A stretch of 63,834 bases of DNA, filler included, from Octopus bimaculoides (Eukaryota), in the NCBI RefSeq assembly GCF_001194135.2. It is 7 parts of 6 records of this genome, joined end to end, with 100 filler letters (N's around TTAATTAATTAA, not from the genome) between each part and the next. Parts side by side here need not be neighbours in the genome. Positions count along the whole stretch, not along the records: positions 35,437 to 38,952 come from NC_068982.1; positions 39,053 to 57,867 come from NC_069002.1; 5 more parts are not named here. One strand, 5' to 3'. Of the stretch, positions 37,108 through 50,087 are shown piece after piece. The notes beneath the pieces were generated by a model that was not told the origin of the DNA, searched no databases, and saw only the letters and a program-made list of their open reading frames with translations. The first letter of the stretch is position 1, and the number at the start of each line of letters is the position of its first letter. The position numbers and the translations under genes are program-made.

Positions 37108-37307
37108 TACGGTAGCGAGCTGGCAGAATCGTTAGCACACTGGGTGAAATGCTTAATGGTATTTCACCTGTCTTCATGTTCTGAGGTCAACTTTGCTTTC
37201 CATCCTTTTGGGGTTGACAAATTAAATACCAGTGAAACACTGAGATCGATATGATTCACTAGTCCCCTCTCCCAAAATTTCAGACCTTGTGCCTTTTGTA
37301 GAAAGGG
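37108..37307 (+). mobile_element. SINE family A monomer (second tail type)
   Basis: GCGAGCTGGCAGAATCGTTAG head. 15-bp TSD TTATTATTTCTCCAT at 37091-37105 and 37308-37322. Confidence 0.88.
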
Positions 37308-37370
37308 TTATTATTTCTCCATAACCAGATACTTACTACAAAAAGATAAGTTTGATGATGTTTTATTTGT

Positions 37371-37596
37371 TTACATGTTAGCATTTAGATTATTTTATCA
37401 AATGTAATGCTTACTTATTCACATTGTCTTAAATCAATCATGTACCACCTCTTTGTTTTGAGATTTCAATGATGTGATTGTTTATTTTTAGAATAACATT
37501 GTAGGGTAGTTGTGAAGGCTGGATATGGCTGGTTTGAATATAAAACAGGTAGAATATTTGGGCTGGATATGGCTAGTTTAAATGCTAAAGAGTTAA
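37371..37596. mobile_element. piggyBac-like MITE, degenerate
   Basis: Ends AAATGCTAAAGAG|TTAA. Colinear with 56951-57179. Confidence 0.65.
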
Positions 37597-37781
37597 AGGA
37601 ATTACCACCAAAAACTTCATATATTTGGCATGTGACAAATAGTTGGACTATAAACTAGAAAATCAGCAAACCTTCAAATCATCAAAAGGCCTTCAAATGT
37701 GTCAATACAACTTTGAATACATCAGTAAGCCTTCAAATATGTCAGTAAGTCATCAGATATGTTAGTAATCCTTCCAATGTC

Positions 37782-38170
37782 AGGTGCAGGAGTGGCTGTG
37801 TGGTAAGTAGCTTGCTTACCAACCACATGGTTCCAAGTTCAGTCCCACTGCGTGGCACTTTGGGCAAGTGTCTTCTACTATAGCCTCGGGCCGACCAAAG
37901 CCTTGTGAGTGGATTTGGTAGAGGGAAACTGAAAGAAGACCGTCGTATATATGTATATGTATATATATATATGTGTGTGTGTGTCTGTGTTTGTCACCCC
38001 AACATCGCTTGACAACCGATGCTGATGTGTTTACGTCCCCGTAACTTAGCAGTTTGGCAAAAGAGACCGATAGAATAAGTACTAGGCTTACAAAGAATAA
38101 GTCCTGGGGTCGATTTGCTCCAGCATGGCTGCAGTCAAATGACTGAAACAAGTAAAAGAGTAAAATAGTA
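37782..38170 (+). mobile_element. SINE family C, full length, inserted in a degenerate ~20-bp minisatellite
   Basis: AGGTGCAGGAGTGGCTGTGTGGTAAG...GACTGAAACAAGTAAAAGAGTAAAA. (A/G)(A/G)CCTTCAAAT units occur on both sides (37668-37780 and 38178-38235). Confidence 0.92.
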
Positions 38171-38912
38171 TATCTGTAAACCTTCAAATATCTTTGTATG
38201 CTTTCAGATAAATTAATAGGCCTTCAAATATATCTGTTGGATGTGGATGTCATTGAATCAAAACATTAAAATAATTAATCGCAACAAAATCTTTTTTCTC
38301 CACCAGTATATAGTCAAGCTGAAAAGTTAAATAGGTCCTGTATCACTGCCAATGCCTTTTATTTGACTTCTGAATCTTACATTCCCCACTGACACACAGA
38401 ATTAGAAATTTTTTTCTAGTGTATATTATATACTATTTTTTATAAATGTTAATGTGAAATATTTCACTCTGAAATAGATCAAAGCTGAATTAGAAAATAT
38501 TGAAAGCCACTTAAAAATAAATGAAAATAATGGTGATCGCTGATGATAATGATGACAAAAATGTTGGGCATGATGTGAGCAAGGTGGATATTGTATAGAC
38601 GATGAAGATGACTGATAGTGGAGATTATGATAAAAATAATGATGGTGATGATATTTAAAGCTACTTATGAAAAGAAAATGAAAAATGTAGACATAAGCAC
38701 TGCTGTGTGGTTAAGAAGCTCACTTTGCAGCTTCATAGTTTTAGGTTCAGTCCCACTTCATGGCAAGTGTTTTCTAGTATAGTCTCGGGGTGACCAACAC
38801 CTTGTGAGTGTTTTTGGTAGATGGAAATTGTGGAAGCTCATTGTATACATACATATGTATATATATATATATATGTATATATATGTATATATATATATAT
38901 ATATATGTATAA

Positions 38913-38952
<40 letters not shown>

Positions 38953-39173
38953 NNNNNNNNNNNNNNNNNNNNNNNNNNNNNNNNNNNNNNNNNNNNTTAA
39001 TTAATTAANNNNNNNNNNNNNNNNNNNNNNNNNNNNNNNNNNNNNNNNNNNNCGTATATGGAGATATATACGTACATAAATAAATATTATATAGATAGTG
39101 TGTGTATCCATATATGCATAAACACACACACACTATCTCTCTCCCACACAGAGAGAGACTCATACACACACAC

Positions 39174-39217
<44 letters not shown>

Positions 39218-39344
39218 ACATATATATACACTGCAATAAATCCAGAAAAGGTTTGGCGCTCAGCATTTAAGATGCCGCGCTTTACCAGATTATTCTTGTT
39301 TCTCTTTGCCGTCTTACGTCTAATTCCTTGTTATTATTGTTGAA

Positions 39345-40165
39345 TTTATGTGTTGTTTTTGTTGTTGTTGTTGATGGTGATGACGAAGACACTACGGTGG
39401 TTTTTATGTTTTTATTGTTGCCTTTTTTTTTTAGTACTTTTAGTGGCTTTGTGGAATTTGGTCCTTGTGTGTTTTTTATTTTTCCATTTGGTTTATTCTA
39501 ATCTTCTTTTTCTTTTTTGTCTCAAATTGAAATATTTTGCTTCGTCGACATTAATTAGTCAAACAGAATAATGTAAAAGATTAACATGGCGACGAGAAGG
39601 AAGGATATGGTGTTGATGATGATGATGATTATGATGAAGGTCGTGGTAGTGATGTTGATGATGGTGATTGTGATGATGAAAGCGATGAGGATAGTTGTAA
39701 TGAATGATGAAGGTCGTGGTGTTGGTAGTGGTGTTGACGCTATCAATGATGATGATGATGATGATGATGCTACTGCTGCTGCTGCTACTGCTGCTGCTGC
39801 TACTGCTGCTGCTGCTGATGATGATGATGATTATGCCAGAAGATGATGCTGATGATGACAATGACGATAGCGACGACGACGATGATGATGCTGGTGGGGA
39901 TGATGATGATGATGATGATGATAAACATGAAAAAGTAGAAGAGGAGTGAAGGAGGACAAGGAGAAAGAGTAGAAGTGGATGAGATGGATGAGGAAACAAA
40001 TGAGGATAAGGGGGAGGAGAAGAAGAAAAGTAGAAGGAAGGAAAGTAGCATGAGACGGAGGAGGAGAAGAAGGAGGAGGAGAAGGAAGAAGAAGAAGAAG
40101 AAGAAGAAGAAGAAGAAGAAGAAAAGGATGAGGAGGAGGAGGAGGAGGAAGTAGAAGGATAAACA
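39345..40165. repeat. Trinucleotide mosaic (GTT/GAT/GCT/GAA/GGA)
   Basis: Direct reading; source of the poly-S/L/M/H ORFs. Confidence 0.85.
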
Positions 40166-41376
40166 AAAAGAAATGGCGTCAAGAATTTTATATGGTGCGC
40201 CAACGAATCTGCCAGAATTCAGAAAGTAATGTGAGTTTGGACAAAAGTTTGAATTGTTTCCAAAGGAGTTTTTGTCCATCCTTCAGCTAAAACAGTCTCC
40301 AGTTCATGAAGTGATGATGGTGGTGACGACAAAAACAGTTGTTCCCTCATATAATTTCCATACACTTTCATCTGAATATGGACAGGTTACGCGGAACATT
40401 ACGTACATAGAAAGCTATCATATTAAAGTTATGCCAATCTTGAAATCAACAACAAAAGGACAGAATTGGAAGATGGACAAAAATACGTAAATATTTGAGA
40501 ATTGCAACACAAAATGGCTAATCGTGTTTTCACTGACGGTCTTTGGATGCTTCACCGAAGTAAAGCATTCAATGATAGGTTTGTTCATTAAGAAATGACC
40601 TGGGTCCAAAACACGTCAGCGTAAGCAACATTTATGTCGGTTTACATAGAGCTAACTTGATGTTATACATCCAAAACAAACACATGGGGCTAAATCAAAA
40701 GTTTTTGCAATGCCAGTGAATGAATGAATTTTATCTGTGCTTTCATTGTGGCAATGGTTATCTTTCTTGATGCTTCTACTACCACTACTTTGTGATTGTA
40801 AGCAGTAGTAGTTCCATAGTAACAACGTTTTTAGCGAAAATGGTGGGAATTAACTCCTTTAGCTTGCCGGTGATTTTGTGGGCGACAACGGAAATTTTTC
40901 TATTGCTTGCCAGATCGTCACTGCTATAGATGTTGATGTAGATGTTTTTGCTGCAGCTGCTGCTGCTGTTGTTGTTGATATTACTGTTGCTGCTAGTATT
41001 GCAGGTCAGCCATTACTACTGCAGTGGTGTTGCCAGGTAGGAATTGATGACTGTGATCGACTGTTTCACTTCGAAAAGGACATTCCACCACTGAAACTTC
41101 CTGGCCGAGCGCTAAAATCGAATTGTAGAAGACACTTTGAGAATTCTGTTCCTTAGATTAGAAATGAACTCTATATTTGAGTTGAAATAAATTTGCTTTC
41201 TCTCATAATTTTCAGCCATGGAGCGAGTAACAAAATATCAGACCAGACCAGACCCCTAAGGAATGGACGACTTAACAAAATAAAAGCAATAAAATTTACA
41301 AATAAAACCTTCTGGACGAACAAAACAAAATATAATTTTATTGAGTTTCTCGCACATAAAATCAGACACCTCGGAG

Positions 41377-41445
41377 GAAGAAGAAGAAGAAGAAGAAGAA
41401 GAAGAAGAAGAAGAAGAAGAAGAAGAAGAAGAAGAAGAAGAAGAA
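41377..41445. repeat. (GAA)n microsatellite; others at 51303-51367 and 56205-56300
   Basis: Direct reading. Confidence 0.97.
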
Positions 41446-41725
41446 ATAGGGAGTAGAAAAAGGATGTGGAGAAGAAAAGAAGAAAACGGTGGAGGATAAG
41501 AAGAGAAAACAATTAGAAAAATAAAATTAAGAAGGATGAAGAGAAGGAGAAATCGAAGAAGGAAGAGGAAGAGAAGAAGAACAAGAGGATATCACACCAA
41601 GATTCAGACATGTTGATAACGGTGATCATGATCATGATGGTTATGATGAATTTCATGTAATTTAAGATTAAGATGTGTTTGTGTAGCCATATATCAATAC
41701 ATAATGCGCAGGCACACGCGCACAC

Positions 41726-41791
<66 letters not shown>

Positions 41792-41796
41792 GTGGC

Positions 41797-41831
<35 letters not shown>

Positions 41832-41956
41832 TGCATATATACATGTATATTGATTTATTCCTGTCCTTCTTTCCTCCACAAGTGCATAGACACGTGTATC
41901 TATAGAGGCATAAGTTAGCATAAAATTATATATGAGTAAAAAATTATATACGTACA

Positions 41957-41992
<36 letters not shown>

Positions 41993-42673
41993 TAAACACA
42001 CACATATATATGCATGAGTGTGCATATATTTATATGTAGAGTGTGCGTGCATGTCTGCATATATATATCTATATATATACATGCACATGTACATGCGTGT
42101 GTATGGCTGTATATATATATATGTATATATATATATTGGTGCATGTGTGAGTGATTGTTCGCATATATGGTTATTTGCATACAGTCATACATCTGAGCGT
42201 TCATTTGTTTGTATATGTGGCGTGTGTGTTACAGAATATTCGTTTGGCTGTCTATTCTATTGATGCCTTTTTCTGATCTGATGGTTAAGGATTGCCCCTT
42301 GTCAGTGTTTTCCACTTGCTCAACCTGAATTCTTTTCACCAAAAGACGTCGGGCAAAGGAAACCAACATTGACAGCATGCTATCGATGCCGGCACGCAAT
42401 AGAGACGTGAAGCGTATTCCCCCGGAGTTTGTTGCCGAAACAATACATAAAAACAGCAAACATCGCTAGAGCGCCACAGGTGATGGCCCATCATGGAGAT
42501 GTTGGCAATATTTACTTTGGCGTTTAATTTTCGAGACAATTAATTGACGTATCATTCTTCGTCGTTTCTATTCATTCTAAGCGCTGCCATTTGTGTCTAG
42601 TTTCACTTTCGTTTTACATTTGCATGTTACTGAGTTTGATTTTCGTTCCTGTCTTCTTCTTTATTCATTCTTT

Positions 42674-42729
<56 letters not shown>

Positions 42730-42849
42730 TCTCCATGTCTCATTGCTTTAGTACCAATTAGTCTTCAACACTGCATGGATGTTTTTTTTGCAATTAAACA
42801 TGCCTAAGTGTACACACGCATACATACAGGAATTCGTTTATTCATAGAT

Positions 42850-42930
<81 letters not shown>

Positions 42931-43035
42931 CATGCACATAATACAAACATGGGCTATATATATATATGTAAATTCTCCTATGATTCTGTATAAACTTATA
43001 AGTATGCATATATGTTTTATACATATGAGTGTATG

Positions 43036-43067
<32 letters not shown>

Positions 43068-43409
43068 TACGCACACACACACGCACACCACACACACGCG
43101 CACACACCACACACACACGCAAACCACACACACACGCACGCATATATATATGTATGTATATATGTATGCATTTTAAATATAGTATATGATATTGTGTACA
43201 CGTATGCATACATAGATATACATAAGTATACACATTTATGTCTATTTGCAGATGAATACACACATTCATACATACATACACACACACACATATATATATA
43301 TAAACATAGATATATATGTGTGTTTGTGTATGTGTAAGTGTGGGTGTATATATGCATGTATATAAATACTTGCGTGATTCTGAATATGAACTGCATTGAA
43401 ATACCTTTG

Positions 43410-43452
<43 letters not shown>

Positions 43453-43787
43453 GAATGCACACACACACACATACATACGCATATATTTATATATATGTTT
43501 TTTATATATGCGATGTGTGTAGGGTTTGTCTATATACATATATAAACAATTTACTTGCAGGGATATCACAATTCTCGCTAAAGTTTTGTATCGTCAAACA
43601 TTAGTCTCTGTTATTGTAACCTAATATCTTTCCTATGACTCAGTGCAACATCATCATCAACAACAACAACAACAAAATAACACCACCACCAACAACAATA
43701 ACAACAGCAACATTAGAGTCAAAAGCAAACACAGCAAGAACAATAATAACAACTACAGTTTCTGCTTGAACGATGATAATAATATAA

Positions 43788-44002
43788 ATGATCCTTTCTT
43801 CTAGAGATGCAAGACCTGGAATTTTAGCGGAGGTGGATAGTCGAGTATATCAACCCCAGTATTTAGTTGGTACTTATTACTTCGACAATGAAATGATGAA
43901 AGACAAAATCGATCTCGGCGGAATTTGAACTCAGACCCTAAAGACAGACGAAATGCCGTTAAGCATTTTGTCTGGTATGTTACCACTTCCGCCAGCTCGT
44001 CC
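43788..44002 (-). mobile_element. SINE family A monomer, degenerate; further minus-strand copies at ~55246-55450, 56065-56200 and 57370-57570
   Basis: GATGAAAG(A/G)CAAA...CTCGGCGGAATTTGAACTCAGA...GCCAGCTCG. Confidence 0.85.
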
Positions 44003-44111
44003 TCTTAACAATAATAACTATAATTCTTTCTATAATAGAGAAGAGGCTTCAAATGTTTGTTCTGGCTGGCGGGGGGGTCCGAGGCTAGTCAATTACATCG
44101 ACCGCAAAATG

Positions 44112-44346
44112 CCATCCAAGAGAACGGTTCCGATGCACCTTCAGATTATCACGTCTTTTAGTGGTTCTTCAGCGGTCTGGGAGACGTTTCGTTCAACAAC
44201 GACACGGAGCTGAAAACGGTAGTTTAGGATTCAATGAAATTCTTGGGATCAAGACCTAGTAATTTCTGCCGTCAAGCCATTGACAAACTAGTGGAACGTT
44301 GGCAAGAAGGTGTGAACAAAGAAAGAAAAAATATATCATTGACTGA
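44112..44346 (+). mobile_element. Mariner (DD34D-type) transposase C-terminal remnant
   Basis: DAPSDYHVF (cf. SPDLAPSDYHLF), then ...SRPSNFCRQAIDKLVERWQEGVNK...YIID*. Confidence 0.85.
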
Positions 44347-44452
44347 TTTATAAAAATCGTCGATGAAAAATAAGGATTATCATAAATGGAATAAATGAGT
44401 TTATCTTACAATCTGATATATCTTTATTAACTTATAACTTACGCTATCAACA

Positions 44453-44514
<62 letters not shown>

Positions 44515-44515
<1 letters not shown>

Positions 44516-44837
44516 TTCTTTGGGGGTTGAATAATTCACTTTTGGAAATATGGGTGTTTTGCTCAACATCCTTAAACAAACCTTATTCAGGGACCTTTTG
44601 AGCGGGATGGGCTACTCGACCTGAAGAAAATTCGAACTGAGCCCCATCTGCGAGGTCATGCTCTGTTTATCTTGATATGAGATCACCATGTCGCGCACAT
44701 ATGGTTGTGATGCATGTGCCTGGTGCACCCTTATCAGACGGGTAGTCATGATGGGTATAATGGGCTTCGTACATCTTACCCCAGTGTCACGTTGATGGCA
44801 TGCACTGCTCTCTCACTCAATAATAATAATAATAATA

Positions 44838-44839
<2 letters not shown>
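44515..44839 (+). mobile_element. 5'-truncated retroelement 3' end embedded in an (AAT)n array
   Basis: A 300-bp GC-richer body ending GCATGCACTGCTCTCTCACTC(AAT)n, with (AAT)n also on the left (44454-44514). No coding signature, so the class is uncertain. Confidence 0.55.
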
Positions 44840-44899
<60 letters not shown>

Positions 44900-45820
44900 T
44901 ATTATTATCATTATTATTTCAAACTTTTACACAAAGCCAGCAATCTCAGGACAGCACAGGACTTGTACTTTACACTATCGGCACTAATACAATAAAGGGC
45001 CAACTGTACCTCGGCTGTTTAGCATAGACATGGTTTATGATGGCTCAACTAAGGCCTAGTCAACAACTAGTCAACAGCTCTCATGAAAGAGCTAAATCGC
45101 TTTCAAATCAAAACACGGTATCTTCAATGCGGAAAGATTTATGGGACAGCGTAGCCCATGAAATACATAACGGCTGGATGGCCACGGGTGAGATGTCTTT
45201 GGTCAAAGGTCTCTATTTAATACGAGCTCGTGACCAATGAGGAGAAGTCAAACAACAGCAATGACAATAAAACCAAGAATAATTGCATGATTTTTAAAAG
45301 AAGAAAATAAAAAGCCAGTAGGCCATTAGATTCACGTGAACACATCTGTATCACCGGTCACGACAGATGTAATATTACGACGACAGATGATGGTAATGAC
45401 AGCTCTAATAACTGTAGTAACCACAGCAGCTGCATCTGTGGTTACACAGAGAGCGTAGTCACAAGAGCAGCAAAAATGGCGATCATACCTAAGAGTTGAA
45501 AGACCAACAGCAGTAATAAACGCAGCGATATTAAAGTAGCGAATAAGCGAGACGACCTCAGTGACAGAGGTCCTTAATGCCTTGCTTATTTGGTGATAGA
45601 CTGGAGTTCAAACGGTAAAAATTTACTGGTGCTTTTCTTTTGGAAAAAAAACTCATTATTTTAGTAATTAAAAGAAAGTTAATTACTGGAGTATTTCGCA
45701 TGAATATTTTAAAAGAAAAATTATTTTGACAGAATTTCTAACATGGAGGTTCGTCATCCGTACAAACCAATATAATTACCATTATACACTTACATATACA
45801 CTAATATATACAAATATTTT

Positions 45821-46064
45821 TGTTGTTAGCACTCCGTCGTTTACGACGATGAGGGTTCCAGTTGATCCGATCAACGGAACAGCCTGCTCGTGAAATTAAC
45901 GTGCAAGTGGCTGAGCACTCCACAGACACGTGTACCCTTAACGTAGTTCTCGGGGGAGATTCAGCGTGACAGAGTGTGACAAGGCTGGCCCTTTGAAATA
46001 CAAGTACAACAGAAACAGGAAGAAAGAGTGAGAGAAAGTTGTGGTGAAAGAGTACAGCAGGGTT
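45821..46064 (-). mobile_element. SINE family B, 3' two-thirds
   Basis: Reverse complement of 33130-33376. Confidence 0.92.
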
Positions 46065-46480
46065 TAGTTGTGTTTGTTTGTTCGTGGATAAAATATCTCA
46101 CGAACCGCTGGCTTTGGAGTACGACACACGAGCAACAACCAATAATTGTGTCACCATCAATATCAACGCTATATGCAGCACCAAAAACAATTCTGATTTT
46201 TGTCTATGTGCTACCTGCCTGTTTCCTCTTCTCTAATTTGCTGCGTATGCGCGCGTACACGCGGGAACATATACACATGAACACGTACACAAATACACAC
46301 ACATTTGTTGCACATATATATAGATATGGGTGTATACATATAGACGTAGATATGTGCGGGTATATATAGATATGTGCAAAGATATGTGTATATATGTATA
46401 TGTAGTTATATATACATGGATATATATGTATATACATGCATTTATCTTTATATGGGAATATATCAATATCTATATCGATG

Positions 46481-46532
<52 letters not shown>

Positions 46533-48401
46533 ACTATCTATCTATCTATCTATCTATCCCCCTCTCTCTCTCTCTCTCTCTCTCTNNNNNNNNNNNNNNN
46601 NNNNNNNNNNNNNNNNNNNNNNNNNNNNNNNNNNNNNNNNNNNNNNNNNNNNNNNNNNNNNNNNNNNNNNNNNNNNNNNNNNNNNNNNNNNNNNNNNNNN
46701 NNNNNNNNNNNNNNNNNNNNNNNNNNNNNNNNNNNNNNNNNNNNNNNNNNNNNNNNNNNNNNNNNNNNNNNNNNNNNNNNNNNNNNNNNNNNNNNNNNNN
46801 NNNNNNNNNNNNNNNNNNNNNNNNNNNNNNNNNNNNNNNNNNNNNNNNNNNNNNNNNNNNNNNNNNNNNNNNNNNNNNNNNNNNNNNNNNNNNNNNNNNN
46901 NNNNNNNNNNNNNNNNNNNNNNNNNNNNNNNNNNNNNNNNNNNNNNNNNNNNNNNNNNNNNNNNNNNNNNNNNNNNNNNNNNNNNNNNNNNNNNNNNNNN
47001 NNATATATATATATGTATATATATATATATATGTGTGTGTGTATGTGTATATAAATATATATATACACATATATATCAATCTACACGCATACAAATATGT
47101 CTATACTTATATGTATGTGTTGTGTATGTATATATATATAAATCTATGTGTGTATACATGAATGCATTTACGTATACATGTAAACACACATAGTTACACG
47201 TGCAAGTACAAGCACACACAAACACACACATACACACGCACACCCACACTTATATGTGTGTATACGCACGATTACATAATAGTAAAATTAGACGTACGTA
47301 TATACGTCGGTTTGAACATAAATGCATGTGTCAGACTTACGTATATATATACTTGGAAGCGTAGATAAATGTGATTTGCAGCCATATATATTCGTCATCA
47401 TTCACTTCATCACCCCAAAAATTCGTATTGCATTCACTCTGGGAATTACAAAGAAATAAGAGAAAAATTGTGCCGAACACAACACGCTCTGATACGCCCT
47501 CTCTATATCCCTCTCTGTCTGTCTCGTTCTCTCTGTCTCGCTCTCTCTGTCTCGCTCTCTCGTCCTCTCTATCTGTCGCTTTCCATCTATCTGTGTATCT
47601 ATCTCTCCATCTATCTCTTTCTGTCTATCTGTGTCTATCTATTTATGTATTAATCTGTCTATTTCACGCACATACTCACGTACAACACGTGTTCGCACAC
47701 ACATAGCCAGACACATTAACGTCTGCGTTTTCGCAGAAATGCTTACAGTCTCAAAGCAAATTGTTGAGTAAGAAAACCAGTAGAAGGAAATCTATTTTTT
47801 TTATTTTCTTCTTTCTCGAAAGATGTAATCTATTTTATTGAGTAAATATCTTTACTGTAGGTAGGTGTATGTTCTCTGAATATGCACTGTGGTGTTGTAC
47901 GCCATTGCATTGCTTCGGGTTTATCTTTTGAGCTATACAATACCCTCTCCATACATCCATCTATCAATCCTTTTGTACATACATACATACATACATACAT
48001 ATATGTACATATATGCACCTGTGAGTATGTATGTATGTATGTATATATATATATATATATATATGTTATATATATATACACGTATATGTATGTGTAACTA
48101 TATATATATANNNNNNNNNNNNNNNNNNNNNNNNNNNNNNNNNNNNNNNNNNNNNNNNNNNNNNNNNNNNNNNNNNNNNNNNNNNNNNNNNNNNNNNNNN
48201 NNNNNNNNNNNNNNNNNNNNNNNNNNNNNNNNNNNNNNNNNNNNNNNNNNNNNNNNNNNNNNNNNNNNNNNNNNNNNNNNNNNNNNNNNNNNNNNNNNNN
48301 NNNNNNNNNNNNNNNNNNNNNNNNNNNNNNNNNNNNNNNNNNNNNNNNNNNNNNNNNNNNNNNNNNNNNNNNNNNNNNNNNNNNNNNNNNNNNNNNNNNN
48401 N

Positions 48402-48440
<39 letters not shown>

Positions 48441-48664
48441 TATATACATACATATATGTATATCCATATGTAATATATATTTTTTTTATCGAAATGGCGT
48501 ATATAGCTGGTTTCCTACAGATAACCTTATAATATATTGTCATAGGTTTTCCTTTTACGACACAGTTATTTTCAATAGTGGCTCCAATAGATAGGTGTCG
48601 TTAGTCAGCTTGCATCAAGTCGATATCGCTAGCCTGTTAGGTGTGTGTAGATACATTCATACCT

Positions 48665-48701
<37 letters not shown>

Positions 48702-49059
48702 CACACACACATATGTGTGTCTGCAAGTGTGTATGAGGGTAAAATCCACAAGTATAAGTAAATGATTGTTGGCCCTCCCACGTTAAATATGAGTTGATAT
48801 CCACGATTTCAAAAGAGAGTTCACTCAGGTCAATTACTATAAGACATAGTAGCGTATTTATTTGCCTATAAGCTGCACTCCTGTATAACACGCATCCGTA
48901 ATTTAGTGTTAAATCTTGTTAGAAATAAATATCCATTCATAGCTTTAGCTTTGACTTTTGCATAAGTCGAATTCCAGTTTTACAGTATAAAACACTGTGA
49001 GTTATATACGAATATATACAATAACTAGTTAAGGAATTCATAAATATATATATATATAT

Positions 49060-49108
<49 letters not shown>

Positions 49109-50087
49109 NNNNNNNNNNNNNNNNNNNNNNNNNNNNNNNNNNNNNNNNNNNNNNNNNNNNNNNNNNNNNNNNNNNNNNNNNNNNNNNNNNNNNNNNNNNN
49201 NNNNNNNNNNNNNNNNNNNNNNNNNNNNNNNNNNNNNNNNNNNNNNNNNNNNNNNNNNNNNNNNNNNNNNNNNNNNNNNNNNNNNNNNNNNNNNNNNNNN
49301 NNNNNNNNNNNNNNNNNNNNNNNNNNNNNNNNNNNNNNNNNNNNNNNNNNNNNNNNNNNNNNNNNNNNNTATATATATATACATACAAATACACAAACAC
49401 ACACATACATACATACATACATATATAAGTTGTATTTAAATTTAAAGTTCAGGTAGGTGATGTTAAGTTGTAGAAAGTCCCTTGTAGTGTGTCTGCAAAG
49501 CACGTTCACCGCTTGCGGCTGTCGGTCGTCATCCGGAGTAGTGCACTTTCGTTGCTGGATGCACATGAGGATTCCTCGGTGTACATTGAGTGTATTCTAA
49601 ATGATCAATACGGCAGACAACTTTATTTAGGACAACGATCGTTTCGACTTACTTCTGCTCTCTACTGAGTGGGGAACGATGTAATGAAATCAGATGTACC
49701 CCATATTTCAGAAGAAACCTCACCAGGCCATATAAAGCTGTTCAGTCTTATATATATATATATATATCGTCCAAGTTTTCTTTGTATCATCTGTCTGGAT
49801 GCTTTATTGTCCCTTTTTTGTATCACATAACTGTTTGGATATTAATAAAATATTACTAACAAGAATCACACAGAAAAAGCACATTGTGAATTCTTTCTGA
49901 AAACATTTGGCTTCCACCTTTAGTTCTATCGATACTAACCTCAGGATAACTTTTCAAGCGTTTCCTTAGACCTAAAATCTAATTTGTATAAAATCTGAAA
50001 ATATATAAAATATATTAATGAACCCTCTTGCCACCCACCTATTAGATTTAAATATTTAATTTAATTTCTAACACCAGCTGTAGAATC

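Noticed and set aside
39250-39345. Signal-peptide-like MPRFTRLFLFLFAVLRLIPCYYC*
   Set aside because: Only 23 codons with no donor site.
39559-40203. 214-aa Ser/His-rich ORF
   Set aside because: Trinucleotide mosaic with low-complexity ORFs on both strands.
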